Shown here in pieces: positions 8,841-19,375 of a stretch of DNA of 32,916 bases (positions are counted from its first letter, which is position 1; each line of letters begins with the position of its first letter). The stretch lies in the NCBI GenBank assembly GCA_964392445.1, contig CAYMPD010000014.1, positions 1 through 32,916 on the forward strand, given 5' to 3'. This DNA comes from an uncultured archaeon (GTDB lineage Archaea; Aenigmatarchaeota; Aenigmatarchaeia; CG10238-14). The notes under the pieces were generated by a model. It was not told the origin of the DNA and did no database searches. It saw only the letters and a list, made by a program, of their open reading frames with translations. The position numbers and the translations under genes were made by a program.

Positions 8841-11800
8841 TCATTCTTCGTCTTCTTCCTCTTCTTCCAGCTCATCCATTACTTTAATTTCTCTCTTCTT
8901 TCTAAACCCTAAAAAGATAATAACTCCAACAATTACCACTAGACCAACCAAAGCTAAAATAAATGTTAACGTTGTCTTTTTTGGGGAAATTACAGGTGTT
9001 GTTGGTAAGGTTGTTGTGACTACTTGTCTTTCAGATATAGTTGTTGTTACCCTCTCCTGTGCAGGTGCTATTATTGTTCCCCCAGTTATTGTAAAGATCG
9101 AGAATCCTGGAGTTGAGGATTGATAATAAATATAATCAGAATCCCCGCTAACCCTAATAGTATCTAATTCATCCCAATTACCATTAGAGTACCTGTTCAA
9201 ACTAATCGAATCCTCATCAATATTATTAGCTGTAATCCACTCTCTTTCAACCCTGAATTTCAATTTAACTGATTCCAGATCAACGGTTTCCACATTCTGT
9301 GGAGTTATATTCAAGTATTGATAAATTGCTCCTGAGATTGATTTTACCGAAGATGGTCTTGTTGAAATGTTGTTTATGGTCAACTTAGAAGTTTTCAATT
9401 GGTTCCTAACTGCTATATCCACTTGTGTTATTGCTATGTTTGTCTTATTGATTTCCCACGTCACTGGTGTCTCTGGGTATAACGCTAACCATACTTTGAC
9501 CGCATAAGCTGTTAGTGCTGACCCACCTCCTGATCCACCTCCACCACCCGAAGAATCTGTATCTTCACTACTAGTAGTTCCACTAGGATTACCGTCAGCA
9601 TCCCATGTAGAGAACTCACAATAAGGAATCTCCCATGTACAGCTATTTGAGGACGAACTTGTCAAATTAGCTTCGGATGTTCTATCAACACAATTATCTC
9701 CATTATCATCACAGTGGTACAATTTAGAACAGTCTCCTCCAGTTGTTGGAATAGTTATCCTACAAACCTCTGGGTGTAGGTTTTTAATGATCTTGTCTCT
9801 TGTCGTAGAAGGCATACCTATATAATCCTCATCTGAATCATGTATTAAATCTCCTGAAGTTGAAATCTTTCTTGTCTTGGAGGTTAAACCCGTCTTGGTT
9901 AGAGTTACATTCAAGAATTCCATTTTTACAACACTATTATCCTCTGATAACTTGATGTTCGCTCTTCTCCCTAAGGTATAATTTGTTTTCATCCCTGCCT
10001 TAGAACCACATACACTTCCTTGTTCATGCTCGTAAGTTCCATCGGTATCCAAATCGTAGAAAACAGTCCAGTTAGTTGGAGAGTTAATCAAGGTTACGAA
10101 ATTACAATATCCACATCTTGTCCCCGCAGTCTTGAAGTTTGAACACTGACTTACCGAGCATTTACCACCTGAGTCACAAACCTCCAGCTTATAATAATAG
10201 TTAGTATTATTCTCTAAATCATAATTCAGACTGTAAACTCCACCATCATTGTAAATGTTCCCATCATGCCATGATTTGTATTCCCTCATACTTGATACGT
10301 TCATTCCCCTCTCGAAGATAGTTGCATTAGCTGTTCCACAACTGGAATCGTTTCCATAGAATGTTAATACTCCATTTGTAGGTTTATTGGTTGAATACAT
10401 TATCAGAGCAGCGTCTGTGTATTCCTCAATTTTGACCCCTGTTATCTTTGGCATTGAACTGTCTGTGTAGTTATTAGCATTTACTCCTGTATTTTCACAT
10501 CCCTTAGCATACTGACAATCCCAGTCATAACAGTCTGCATTCCCATCCCCGTCCTCATCTCCTGTTGTATAACAATCTTCATACTCAACGTAACCTTTCT
10601 TCATTATATCTTCATTCATCGCTGAATCAGAACCAAAACCGAAAAAGTCCTGTAGTTCAAAGTCAACGGCACCAGGAGTAAACCATCCCGGACCAGCAGT
10701 ATCACTTGGAGAACTTGCGTTGTGTGAAGAGTCTGCTATTGCTACATAAATCCTCATATCCTCTTCTGAGTTATAAAGGCTTGGGAATTTTTCCAGATCA
10801 GATTTTCCTACTGCAATCAAAGGTCCTCCAATCATCGAACACATCTTTTGTTTCCAAGTATTTAGACTAATATCTGCAACATTCCATGTTGAACCAGTAG
10901 AGCTACATTTTTTGGCTGTAAATGTTGATGTTGCTTTCTGTAATGTATCGTTATAAATCGACTCATATTTCAAGAAGAACTCATATCCTTTAGCCGTTTT
11001 GTTATCGCCTGGAGAACATCCGCCTGTTCTCGAACCATCTGTATCTAAGTAAACATAATACTTGACCGTGTTTGTTCCTTGTCCTTGATTTGCACTCCCT
11101 GTTCCGAAATCATCAGAACCGAAAGTCAAAACGTTTTCTCCGTTACATATACCTGCCTCACTAAAGTCTGCGGTTGGTGAACCAAAGGTGAAACTTTTAC
11201 CAGTGTCCTTTAAACCCAAACCACATAAATCTGCATAAGGTGAATTAGAAGACTGGGCATTACAACTATCCTCAGCAATCATAACAGGAGCTCCCATGTC
11301 CATTCCTTTGAACATCTTTCCCATCCCAGGTGGATTACACCATCCATCAATCCATTTTGATCCTGAAGCCAAACATTCAGATTCTGTCGAAATAGTAAAG
11401 GAAGATGGTTCGCAACTTCCTCCCCCATAAGAACATCCTACCGTATTTCCACAGGTGGTTTCATTCAAATCATTAAAGCAAATTGGATCACAGAAACCAC
11501 CCATCATATTCCAGAAACAAGTATCAGGATAATTACTACATTCCTCTGAGGTCATTGCCTGGAAACAAACCTCAAATTTACCCTCACACATTCCTCCATA
11601 CTCATCATCACTCCACACACAAATATCACTGTTTGTGACATTAGTACATTCTGTTTCATTATAATACATACATTTATCAACAGTATTCCAATCAACCCTG
11701 CATCCTGAATTAAACGTTGTCCAATTACAAGCACTATTTGCATTACATAAAGTATCATTATTAGATAAAGTATCATTCATAAAGCACTGGTCAAACGTGT

Positions 11801-14800
11801 TCACACACCATCCCTCTCCTCCCATTGAATCGTCCCACCAACAACCAAGAGTATCTTCACAATAAGTTTTATTTGTCCCATCTCCTTGCCAACAATCTGT
11901 TGAGCTCCAATCTGGTTCACAAAATGGCCAAGGTTCGGAGATCCATGAACAAGCCATGTTTATTGCAGAAGCATTAGTACATAATTCTTCATTTCCATCA
12001 TATTTCCAACACTCAGCCCCAGCCTCTCCACTACTACTCCCTGACGAATCTGTAATACCTCCCCCCGTAAAACCTTTTGGGTCACACCAACCAGGATTCT
12101 TCCATTTACATCCATCTACTATATTACAATCATCAGAAATGGTGTGATTCCAACAATTCAATGTCCCAGAACCTCCTCCAAAGCTTGAATCCTCACACCA
12201 TCCAGAACTCCATGTACATCCATCAACATTATTACATTGACTTTCACCTAAAGTGTCATCATAACATAAGGCTTCACAACTTTCCCAGTCAGTCCAGTAG
12301 CATGTATCAGAATGTTGATTACAAGTTGATTCATCATTATAGTCCCAACATTTATCATATTTATTTCCACACCATCCTCCCCAAGAATCACTAAACCACG
12401 CGCACTCTGCCGTAGCATTACAAGCAGTTGAATTATCATCATACTTCCAACAATCTACAGTCCAATCCACTTCACAGCTTTGCCAATCATCTTCTTGCCA
12501 TTGACAATTATCCTCTAAATCACATGCTGTCCTATTAAAATCATAATTCCAACATCCCTCATCATTACATAACTGAGTAGAATTTTCCCAAGAACACCCT
12601 GTTAAATTTTGGCAATAGGTTTGATTAGTGTAGTCTCTATCCCAACAGTTTTCTGAAGAAGAACCCACAAACTCTTCTGGATCACACCATCCTCCTTGAT
12701 CTTGACACCATTGATCATCTGGATTACTATTACACCATGTATCATTTGTCCATGCACATCCTACTGCATCAGAACAAGCGGATTCAGTCATTTTGCCCCA
12801 ACAATTCTCTGCCACATCCCAGTCCTGTTCACACCACCCTCCACCTGATTCAGATGTCCACTCACAAGCACCACCAGCTTCACAATAGGTTGCATTAGTA
12901 CCGTCTCTTGAATAACAATTAGACCCTGGGAAATCACAAAATCCCCCCCAAGAATCAGTACCCCAAGTACAGTTCAAACCGTTTGATAATTGAGTATTAG
13001 TACAGATTGATTCTGACATAATACTTGGACAATCCCCTTCGACAAAACCACAAAAGCTATCAGAGTAACAATTACTGTCCCCACAATCGACTAATCCATC
13101 ACCATCATTGTCTATTCCGTCCCAACAAACCTCATTACTTCCTTTTTTCCTGCACAACCCTTCTGTGTCACTTGTTGACAATTCTCCTGATTTGGTTACC
13201 CATTCACAACTTCCTGTAGCATTAAGCGCTTTTCTTCCGTTATTATTACAATCTGTTTTACTATAACATCTATCACAAGCGTCCTGACAAGTCTTTGTTG
13301 TTGAATCAACACAATATCCTCCTTCATCACTTGAACTATCAGGAACCCATTTACATTTTACTTGGTCAAATTCATAAGCCTGCTCACAATAACATTTAGG
13401 ACTATTACAGCTGGAATATTTCTTGGTTCCGTCGAAATTAGTAGCCGCATTTGGATTACCCATGTATGTACAACTTCCACAATCAGAAGTACAGTCAGTT
13501 GCTATTCCTGATTTGAATTCATCTTTCGCCCTACACTTCCCAAATCCGTTCTCTGCGGTTGAATCAATAATAAACTCACAATAACCTAAATCAGAACCGT
13601 AACAAGCTGACTTTGCCTGTTGAGTTGAATTCCAGCCTGTACCGTCGAATTTATAATCACACGCAAAACATGCGGCATTACAATTATTTTCCTCATCTGC
13701 CTTTTGTTCACATCTACCTGTAGGAACAGATCTATTTCCTTCGCAATACCACTCTTGAATCCATTTTCCACCAGCAGCTTCACAATTCTTTTTATTTTGT
13801 ATTAATGCAAAACTCCATGATCGATCACCGAAAACTTGGCTTGCCTTAAATTCACATTTTGATGTAGAACTATTCCATTCACAGGGCATGTATAACGGAA
13901 AGCCCGCAAATTCATTACATTTTTTCTCAGGATTATTAAATATACTCGCGTCAGCACAGGCTTTAATCCCCTCATATTCGTCCTCCATTTTTTTATCCAT
14001 ATTTTCCCAACATTCTTTCCCAAGTTTTTCCTGACAAGCCCCATTCTTCCACTCACAGCAAGTCGACAATGCAGGTATGTTGTTACACAACTGTGTGTCA
14101 TTAATCATCGTACAATTTATTCCATTATCCTCAATTTCCTGAGCAGTTATATTAATTATTTCGTTATCTTCATTTCCAGCAGCGTCACAATTACCAACAC
14201 CTAAACTTGCAGAAAAACTACATCCCACTATTTTATTACAGTCTGGAACAGCAAGACAATTCTCTTGTCCATTATCATTTACCCATTGACAATCATAAGG
14301 GACACCTAAACTTACATCATTCTCACAGTAAGATTCATTTGTCCCGGCGTAAGAGGCGTTACATAAATCATCTCCAATATCAAAAATATAACATCCAGGA
14401 TTCCATTTATCGAAAAACTCGTCACCTGTTTCCCATCCCTCCTGAGCAGGATCTTTACATTGACAAGTTGATTTATCACTCCAATCTGAACACTCCCACC
14501 AACAGTAGTATGTATCCATACAATCGCTTTCTGTTGTAAAATTGCCACAAGAAGTAGTGAAATTTGCATAACAAGCCCCATTGTCCCACACACAACTTAA
14601 ATTATAAGTATTGTTTTCACATTGAGAGGCAGTTCCATCGTTCCATTGATCCCAAGACCAACAAGCAATCTCCTCACACCAACCTCCATCTCCGGTATTT
14701 ATTTCCCAAGAACATTTCGTAGCTGAATTACAATCAGATTCACTGTAATAATTCCAACAACCAGAAGCCATACAATATTGACCATCCCATTCACAAGTTA

Positions 14801-15530
14801 AATTATAGTCTTCAGCTGAAGTTACTTCACACTGGGTTTCATTTGTATAATCAAAACTCCAACATTCGACCTCCTCACATCTATCATAACTAGAATCCCA
14901 TTGACAACTTAAATCAGTAGGGTTGTCTTCACAATAAGATCGGTTTGTTCCATCATAATCCCAACAGTTTTGTTCATAACAATAACCTCCCTCCTCGTTA
15001 GCTTCCCAATAACAAGGATTTCCATTTGTTCCATTATGGGACTCACAGGTAGCTTGATCTGTATAATCATAATTCCAACATCCTTTTTCCTCACACATCC
15101 CCCACTGACAACCCGTAACATTATTACATTCGGTTTTTGTTGATAAGGTCCAACAGTCGATATTAGAATTATAACCAAAACATTGGGACTCCCATTGACA
15201 ATTTAAACCGGCAGAATTATTCACACATATATCAGCATCAGTACCTTTCCATGTATAACAATTAGTCTCCTCACACCATCCAGAAGAACTTGAAGATTTC
15301 CAAAGACAATCTAAATCATCTGAAGAGTTAGTACATTGATCCTGATTCCACAAATTCCAACATCCTTTTTCACCGCACCATCCTCCCCAGTCATCCTGAA
15401 ACCACTGACAGTCTGACTGTGCATTACAATCAGATTCAGAATTATCATATTCCCAACAATTTTGTGCAAAAGCACCGACCAGAAATAAAGAAAATACAAA
15501 AACACTAACAAGTACTAATCTTTTATCCAA
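8841..15530 (-). CDS. 2229-aa Cys/Trp-repeat surface glycoprotein with PGF-pre-PGF domain and C-terminal TM anchor
   Basis: TTG start with GAGGGG RBS; signal peptide; many C-W-x(n)-C-x(n)-C-x-W-x(n)-C units; Gly/Ser linker; KFRVEREWI...YYQSSTPGFSIF; TM segment, RKKR and acidic tail; abundant N-x-S/T sequons. Confidence 0.9.
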   Translation of the reverse strand: MDKRLVLVSVFVFSLFLVGAFAQNCWEYDNSESDCNAQSDCQWFQDDWGGWCGEKGCWNLWNQDQCTNSSDDLDCLWKSSSSSGWCEETNCYTWKGTDADICVNNSAGLNCQWESQCFGYNSNIDCWTLSTKTECNNVTGCQWGMCEEKGCWNYDYTDQATCESHNGTNGNPCYWEANEEGGYCYEQNCWDYDGTNRSYCEDNPTDLSCQWDSSYDRCEEVECWSFDYTNETQCEVTSAEDYNLTCEWDGQYCMASGCWNYYSESDCNSATKCSWEINTGDGGWCEEIACWSWDQWNDGTASQCENNTYNLSCVWDNGACYANFTTSCGNFTTESDCMDTYYCWWECSDWSDKSTCQCKDPAQEGWETGDEFFDKWNPGCYIFDIGDDLCNASYAGTNESYCENDVSLGVPYDCQWVNDNGQENCLAVPDCNKIVGCSFSASLGVGNCDAAGNEDNEIINITAQEIEDNGINCTMINDTQLCNNIPALSTCCEWKNGACQEKLGKECWENMDKKMEDEYEGIKACADASIFNNPEKKCNEFAGFPLYMPCEWNSSTSKCEFKASQVFGDRSWSFALIQNKKNCEAAGGKWIQEWYCEGNRSVPTGRCEQKADEENNCNAACFACDYKFDGTGWNSTQQAKSACYGSDLGYCEFIIDSTAENGFGKCRAKDEFKSGIATDCTSDCGSCTYMGNPNAATNFDGTKKYSSCNSPKCYCEQAYEFDQVKCKWVPDSSSDEGGYCVDSTTKTCQDACDRCYSKTDCNNNGRKALNATGSCEWVTKSGELSTSDTEGLCRKKGSNEVCWDGIDNDGDGLVDCGDSNCYSDSFCGFVEGDCPSIMSESICTNTQLSNGLNCTWGTDSWGGFCDFPGSNCYSRDGTNATYCEAGGACEWTSESGGGWCEQDWDVAENCWGKMTESACSDAVGCAWTNDTWCNSNPDDQWCQDQGGWCDPEEFVGSSSENCWDRDYTNQTYCQNLTGCSWENSTQLCNDEGCWNYDFNRTACDLEDNCQWQEDDWQSCEVDWTVDCWKYDDNSTACNATAECAWFSDSWGGWCGNKYDKCWDYNDESTCNQHSDTCYWTDWESCEALCYDDTLGESQCNNVDGCTWSSGWCEDSSFGGGSGTLNCWNHTISDDCNIVDGCKWKNPGWCDPKGFTGGGITDSSGSSSGEAGAECWKYDGNEELCTNASAINMACSWISEPWPFCEPDWSSTDCWQGDGTNKTYCEDTLGCWWDDSMGGEGWCVNTFDQCFMNDTLSNNDTLCNANSACNWTTFNSGCRVDWNTVDKCMYYNETECTNVTNSDICVWSDDEYGGMCEGKFEVCFQAMTSEECSNYPDTCFWNMMGGFCDPICFNDLNETTCGNTVGCSYGGGSCEPSSFTISTESECLASGSKWIDGWCNPPGMGKMFKGMDMGAPVMIAEDSCNAQSSNSPYADLCGLGLKDTGKSFTFGSPTADFSEAGICNGENVLTFGSDDFGTGSANQGQGTNTVKYYVYLDTDGSRTGGCSPGDNKTAKGYEFFLKYESIYNDTLQKATSTFTAKKCSSTGSTWNVADISLNTWKQKMCSMIGGPLIAVGKSDLEKFPSLYNSEEDMRIYVAIADSSHNASSPSDTAGPGWFTPGAVDFELQDFFGFGSDSAMNEDIMKKGYVEYEDCYTTGDEDGDGNADCYDWDCQYAKGCENTGVNANNYTDSSMPKITGVKIEEYTDAALIMYSTNKPTNGVLTFYGNDSSCGTANATIFERGMNVSSMREYKSWHDGNIYNDGGVYSLNYDLENNTNYYYKLEVCDSGGKCSVSQCSNFKTAGTRCGYCNFVTLINSPTNWTVFYDLDTDGTYEHEQGSVCGSKAGMKTNYTLGRRANIKLSEDNSVVKMEFLNVTLTKTGLTSKTRKISTSGDLIHDSDEDYIGMPSTTRDKIIKNLHPEVCRITIPTTGGDCSKLYHCDDNGDNCVDRTSEANLTSSSSNSCTWEIPYCEFSTWDADGNPSGTTSSEDTDSSGGGGGSGGGSALTAYAVKVWLALYPETPVTWEINKTNIAITQVDIAVRNQLKTSKLTINNISTRPSSVKSISGAIYQYLNITPQNVETVDLESVKLKFRVEREWITANNIDEDSISLNRYSNGNWDELDTIRVSGDSDYIYYQSSTPGFSIFTITGGTIIAPAQERVTTTISERQVVTTTLPTTPVISPKKTTLTFILALVGLVVIVGVIIFLGFRKKREIKVMDELEEEEEDEE

Positions 15531-15574
15531 TTAAACCCCTCAGAGTAATTCAATTGAAAATAATTATTGGTTCC

Positions 15575-15608
15575 CGAGAATAAAAAGATTTCTATAAAAT
15601 AGAAAAAT
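15575..15608 (-). terminator. Probable terminator: short hairpin (TTCTA-TTTTA-TAGAA) with T-tracts after the 15609 stop
   Basis: Minus strand after TAG reads ATTTTTCTATTTTATAGAAATCTTTTTATT. Confidence 0.4.
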
Positions 15609-18600
15609 CTAAGCCTTTTTAGGTGCTTGTTCTTCTTTTAATGACTGAACCAACCAGAATATCACTGCTAAGGTCACAAACATTAACACTACAATGGTTA
15701 CTGTTCTTAGTGGGAATTCCTTCTTTACTTCTTCAGATGATTTACAAACTCCATCTTGACAAGTATACCCTTCAGCACAAGGACAATCTTTCAAACAATT
15801 TCCACAATTTTCTCCAGTCTCACAGACTCCATTCCCACAAACTGGGGTTTCGGTTGGTTTGTGACAATCTGATGAGCAGCTCTGGTAAGTCTCACCTTCC
15901 TCACAGATTCCATTTCCACACACTGGCCCTTCGACTTCTGATTCCTCCTTAGCTGTTATTGCAAAGTATGAAAATCCTGAAGTTGAGGATTCATAATAAT
16001 AATAAGTATCGTCTTCATCTATCATAACTGTTTCTAATCCTTCCCATTCACTGTTTGAATATCTATTCAGTAACACTGTTTCTGGGTCTAACCCATTCTC
16101 GTCTAACCATGATTTCTCTACTTTGAACCTAACTTTGGCTGAATCTATGTTGGAGTTATCAAGATTCTCCGCAGTTATTTCCAGGTATCTGTAAACTGTA
16201 TCTAAAAGATCTTCTACAATATCAGATGGTTTTTCGTCGTATTTTTTCACTTCTAATATAACATTCCCTGCTTCATCTACTACTTCTATTACAACCTCAG
16301 TTACTCCGTATTCATCTGATTGACCTATTGTTATTGTTACTGAACTACCTGCTTCTATATCAACACCTCCAGTGGTATAACTTGAAACTCCTGCTCCACC
16401 GCTACCGCCACCAGAACTTGTTATAGTAAACTTGAAGGATGTTGTTCCCTCATTACCTGAGCCATCACGACATCTAACATAATAAGTATAACTACCCACT
16501 ACCTGAGTTCCAATTGTGGTTGAATGTGAAGTTCCACCTGTTGTTGAAAACGCTGTCATTGAACCCCAAGCAGCATTTGTAGCTGCATATCTACAAGTAG
16601 CGGCCTCATTAGTAGTTAAAGAGAATATTGGACTGGGGTCACTAAATGAATAATAACCACTAGAATCGGTTGAAGTATCTCCACCTATTGAAACCACTGT
16701 TATTGTTGGACCTACACCAGCTCTTTCTCCATCCAATTCTGGACCAACTCCTGAGAAGTGTGGTATCTTCATCCATACTAGGTTGTAGGTTGTGTTAACA
16801 TAACATGTAGCTGAGGTATTGGTCTTACTACAAGACATTGGATCAACTGAACTGTTGAGGTAGGCTTTATATTCGTCTGTTAAGTAATCACTATAGTCGC
16901 TTGGAACCTCGCTTGTTTCATTCAAACTTATATTCCAAACCACATTCCATTCATCGTCATACAATAAATTAATCCTAGCAGTAAAGTCACCATTCTCATC
17001 AAAGTTGCTTTCATTGTAAGGCATTCCTAGTAAAACATAATCATAAATCTCTGGGCCTTTACTTCCAAATCTCCATGCTTCTTCTACTGTGTTTGTAGAT
17101 TGTGATGATGATGAGTTAGAATCAAAAGCTACATTTGGTGGTCCTGATGCCAAGAGATCAACATTCACATAATGAACTGTGATGTTATTGCTATTCTTCC
17201 TCATTCTAAAGCTTAAATCCCCACCACCCATAACAACTGTTAATGGATTGAAATCATCGAGATCTTGTTCTGAAGATGTTAATAAACAACTGGTTGACGG
17301 ATATGGGACGTCACAACTACTACTGGATTTATACAAACCTATTTTCAGATCTGTTATAGTTTCATTAATTCCTCCTGGGTTGAATGCTGTGAGATTAATG
17401 AGTGTTGTCGCTGGTTGAAGATCCGCAAGTGTCAACGAGGTTTTTAATGGTGCGAAATCGGAAGTATAAACATTGATTTTATCAACACTCTTATTCAAAA
17501 CTGGTAGAGTAAATACTCCACTATCCGAACTACTAACATCAGCCATGTAAGAGAATGACATGCTTCCGTAACTTGTATAATCTAGTTCAAATTCTATATG
17601 AGCATTAGTTGGTGTTGAACCGGTTGAGTTCTGTAGCTTAAAGGTTTTCTTAAGAGTTGTCACATTTTTAGTTCTTGATGGAGAATTGAAGTCGTCCAAT
17701 GATATATTTGTTGTAGTTCCAACTAATTCTTCTAGTGTGAAATTGATTTGTTGGTGCTCAGGCGAATTGGTATTCAATGAAACATTCTTAAATCCACCAT
17801 AATAAGTTGAACCGTTCTTAACATTAGCAAACAAGAATATATCCGTCCCCACAGCCGAAGTGGCAAGTGTTATGTTGTAAGATCCAGTTGTTACATTATA
17901 TTCATCTGATTCTTGTGGGCTCCTCCATGAACTCATATTATAAGGCATTGGATAGGTTTCAAAGACCATGTTACCCGATTCCAAAGAGTATGGAATTATT
18001 GTTAAGCTATCGTAACCAACATTACCATCAAGTTTCACAAAACCAGATACCCATTTGTACTCTTCGGTAACGTTCAATGGTAGATCTATCTTTGGATGGT
18101 TTCCATAATCAGTAATATTATCCAAAGTGTAATGCACGACCATAGATTGATTTGGGAATAATTGAATAGAATAGTTTCTATCTGCAGGTAGATGAGCAAT
18201 CACTTCCGAAGAATATGTCCCGAACTGTTCTTTAATGGGGTATCCTAAGCTTGTATCTTTTATCATATATTGGAATGTTTTGGTTGTCCCACCATCTACA
18301 TATGCGGTTACATTAACAGTAGTAGCATTTTTCAAGTAGAAGTTCACTGAACCAACACTTGCGAATTCAGTGTACGGCAAATGAGGTAAGCTTTGACCAA
18401 CATACTCTGCCCGACTTGAATCACTGCTATTATATTTAATGACTACTGGTTTGAACATATAGTTGCTTATTGCAGGTAGATTTGTTACATTAAAGAACCC
18501 ACTTGAATTTGAAAGTACTGAACTGGAGCTTACTAAACTTGGGGGACCCGAACCATCAAATGAATAAATCTTAACAGTTACATTAGTCCCATTAACAGCA

Positions 18601-19292
18601 GTCTTACCAACATCATAAGTATAACCTGAGAAACTGAACGATTCTCTACTTATGGTAAAGGTTGTCGGTGTCTGGTCAGTGTATACTCTCCAATTACTTC
18701 CTAATTGAGCAAAGGCTTGAAGGTTTGCACTGTAACTACCATCAGATGGATTTTCGGCAGTTAGATTCCAAGTAATCTGGTACCTTAATTCTCCACCTGT
18801 TGCTGTGTTATAACCATAACCTGCTGTGTAACCGTATCCATATCCATAGGGTTCAGTAAGATCGAATGTTTGATTAGTAGTATTGTAAACTCCATCATAA
18901 CCGTATCCATAACCATAACCAAATAAAGCGGAAGTGTTTCCATAACCCTGAGTGTTGACTGGTGTGATTGTAAGATTACTGCATCCACTTATTGCATTTC
19001 CAGCCAAATCAAAAACACAATTCTTAGACGTTGTTCCAGAAATTGTTAGAGTTAAATTTTGGACAGGTACTCTTTCATCTGATTCTATATCAACATCCAC
19101 TGTGAACACGACAGAACTGTCTGTGGCTGTATATGTTGTTTTGTCTGAAGAAATATTAACAATAACCGCACTTATAGGACCTGAAAGTACAAGCAAACCG
19201 ATTATAGCCAGAGTTAAAGCCATAGAAATTAGGTTTCTCCTAGATTTTTTAGAATTCGATGTTCTAATTGCTGACTTAAATTTTATCTGCAC
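15609..19292 (-). CDS. S-layer-like surface glycoprotein with GY-rich loop, PGF-pre-PGF domain, Cys-rich CGNGxCE repeats and C-terminal TM
   Basis: GTG at 19292 has GAGTGA 6 nt upstream (track uses 19298). Signal peptide ending LLVLSGPISA; many sequons; KFKVEKSWL...YYESSTSGFSYFAITA; two CGNG(I/V)CExGE...C..DC units; TM segment LRTVTIVVLMFVTLAVIFWLV. Confidence 0.88.
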   Translation of the reverse strand: MQIKFKSAIRTSNSKKSRRNLISMALTLAIIGLLVLSGPISAVIVNISSDKTTYTATDSSVVFTVDVDIESDERVPVQNLTLTISGTTSKNCVFDLAGNAISGCSNLTITPVNTQGYGNTSALFGYGYGYGYDGVYNTTNQTFDLTEPYGYGYGYTAGYGYNTATGGELRYQITWNLTAENPSDGSYSANLQAFAQLGSNWRVYTDQTPTTFTISRESFSFSGYTYDVGKTAVNGTNVTVKIYSFDGSGPPSLVSSSSVLSNSSGFFNVTNLPAISNYMFKPVVIKYNSSDSSRAEYVGQSLPHLPYTEFASVGSVNFYLKNATTVNVTAYVDGGTTKTFQYMIKDTSLGYPIKEQFGTYSSEVIAHLPADRNYSIQLFPNQSMVVHYTLDNITDYGNHPKIDLPLNVTEEYKWVSGFVKLDGNVGYDSLTIIPYSLESGNMVFETYPMPYNMSSWRSPQESDEYNVTTGSYNITLATSAVGTDIFLFANVKNGSTYYGGFKNVSLNTNSPEHQQINFTLEELVGTTTNISLDDFNSPSRTKNVTTLKKTFKLQNSTGSTPTNAHIEFELDYTSYGSMSFSYMADVSSSDSGVFTLPVLNKSVDKINVYTSDFAPLKTSLTLADLQPATTLINLTAFNPGGINETITDLKIGLYKSSSSCDVPYPSTSCLLTSSEQDLDDFNPLTVVMGGGDLSFRMRKNSNNITVHYVNVDLLASGPPNVAFDSNSSSSQSTNTVEEAWRFGSKGPEIYDYVLLGMPYNESNFDENGDFTARINLLYDDEWNVVWNISLNETSEVPSDYSDYLTDEYKAYLNSSVDPMSCSKTNTSATCYVNTTYNLVWMKIPHFSGVGPELDGERAGVGPTITVVSIGGDTSTDSSGYYSFSDPSPIFSLTTNEAATCRYAATNAAWGSMTAFSTTGGTSHSTTIGTQVVGSYTYYVRCRDGSGNEGTTSFKFTITSSGGGSGGAGVSSYTTGGVDIEAGSSVTITIGQSDEYGVTEVVIEVVDEAGNVILEVKKYDEKPSDIVEDLLDTVYRYLEITAENLDNSNIDSAKVRFKVEKSWLDENGLDPETVLLNRYSNSEWEGLETVMIDEDDTYYYYESSTSGFSYFAITAKEESEVEGPVCGNGICEEGETYQSCSSDCHKPTETPVCGNGVCETGENCGNCLKDCPCAEGYTCQDGVCKSSEEVKKEFPLRTVTIVVLMFVTLAVIFWLVQSLKEEQAPKKA

Positions 19293-19326
19293 GTACACTC
19301 ACTCTATTATATTATTGGAACGTTTC

Positions 19327-19342
19327 CTTATAAAATTTTCAT
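19327..19342 (-). promoter_or_regulatory. BRE/TATA-like promoter of the S-layer-like gene
   Basis: Minus strand GAAAATTTTATAAGG, ~35 nt upstream of the GTG start. Confidence 0.5.
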
Positions 19343-19375
19343 TTAATAGAAAATTCATCAGGAACTAGTAGTTAA

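Noticed and set aside
13130-14440. CxxC motifs in the 2229-aa protein as a multiheme cytochrome
   Set aside because: I found no CxxCH motif; the Cys pattern fits disulfides.
15549-15568. Adjacent 10-bp palindromes TTCAATTGAA and AATAATTATT upstream of the 2229-aa gene
   Set aside because: Low information content in an AT-rich promoter; not repeated at the other surface-gene promoters.
19215-19245. SRRNLI as a Tat signal in the S-layer-like protein
   Set aside because: It lacks the consensus Phe/Lys and lies in a generally basic n-region; Sec export is the simpler explanation.
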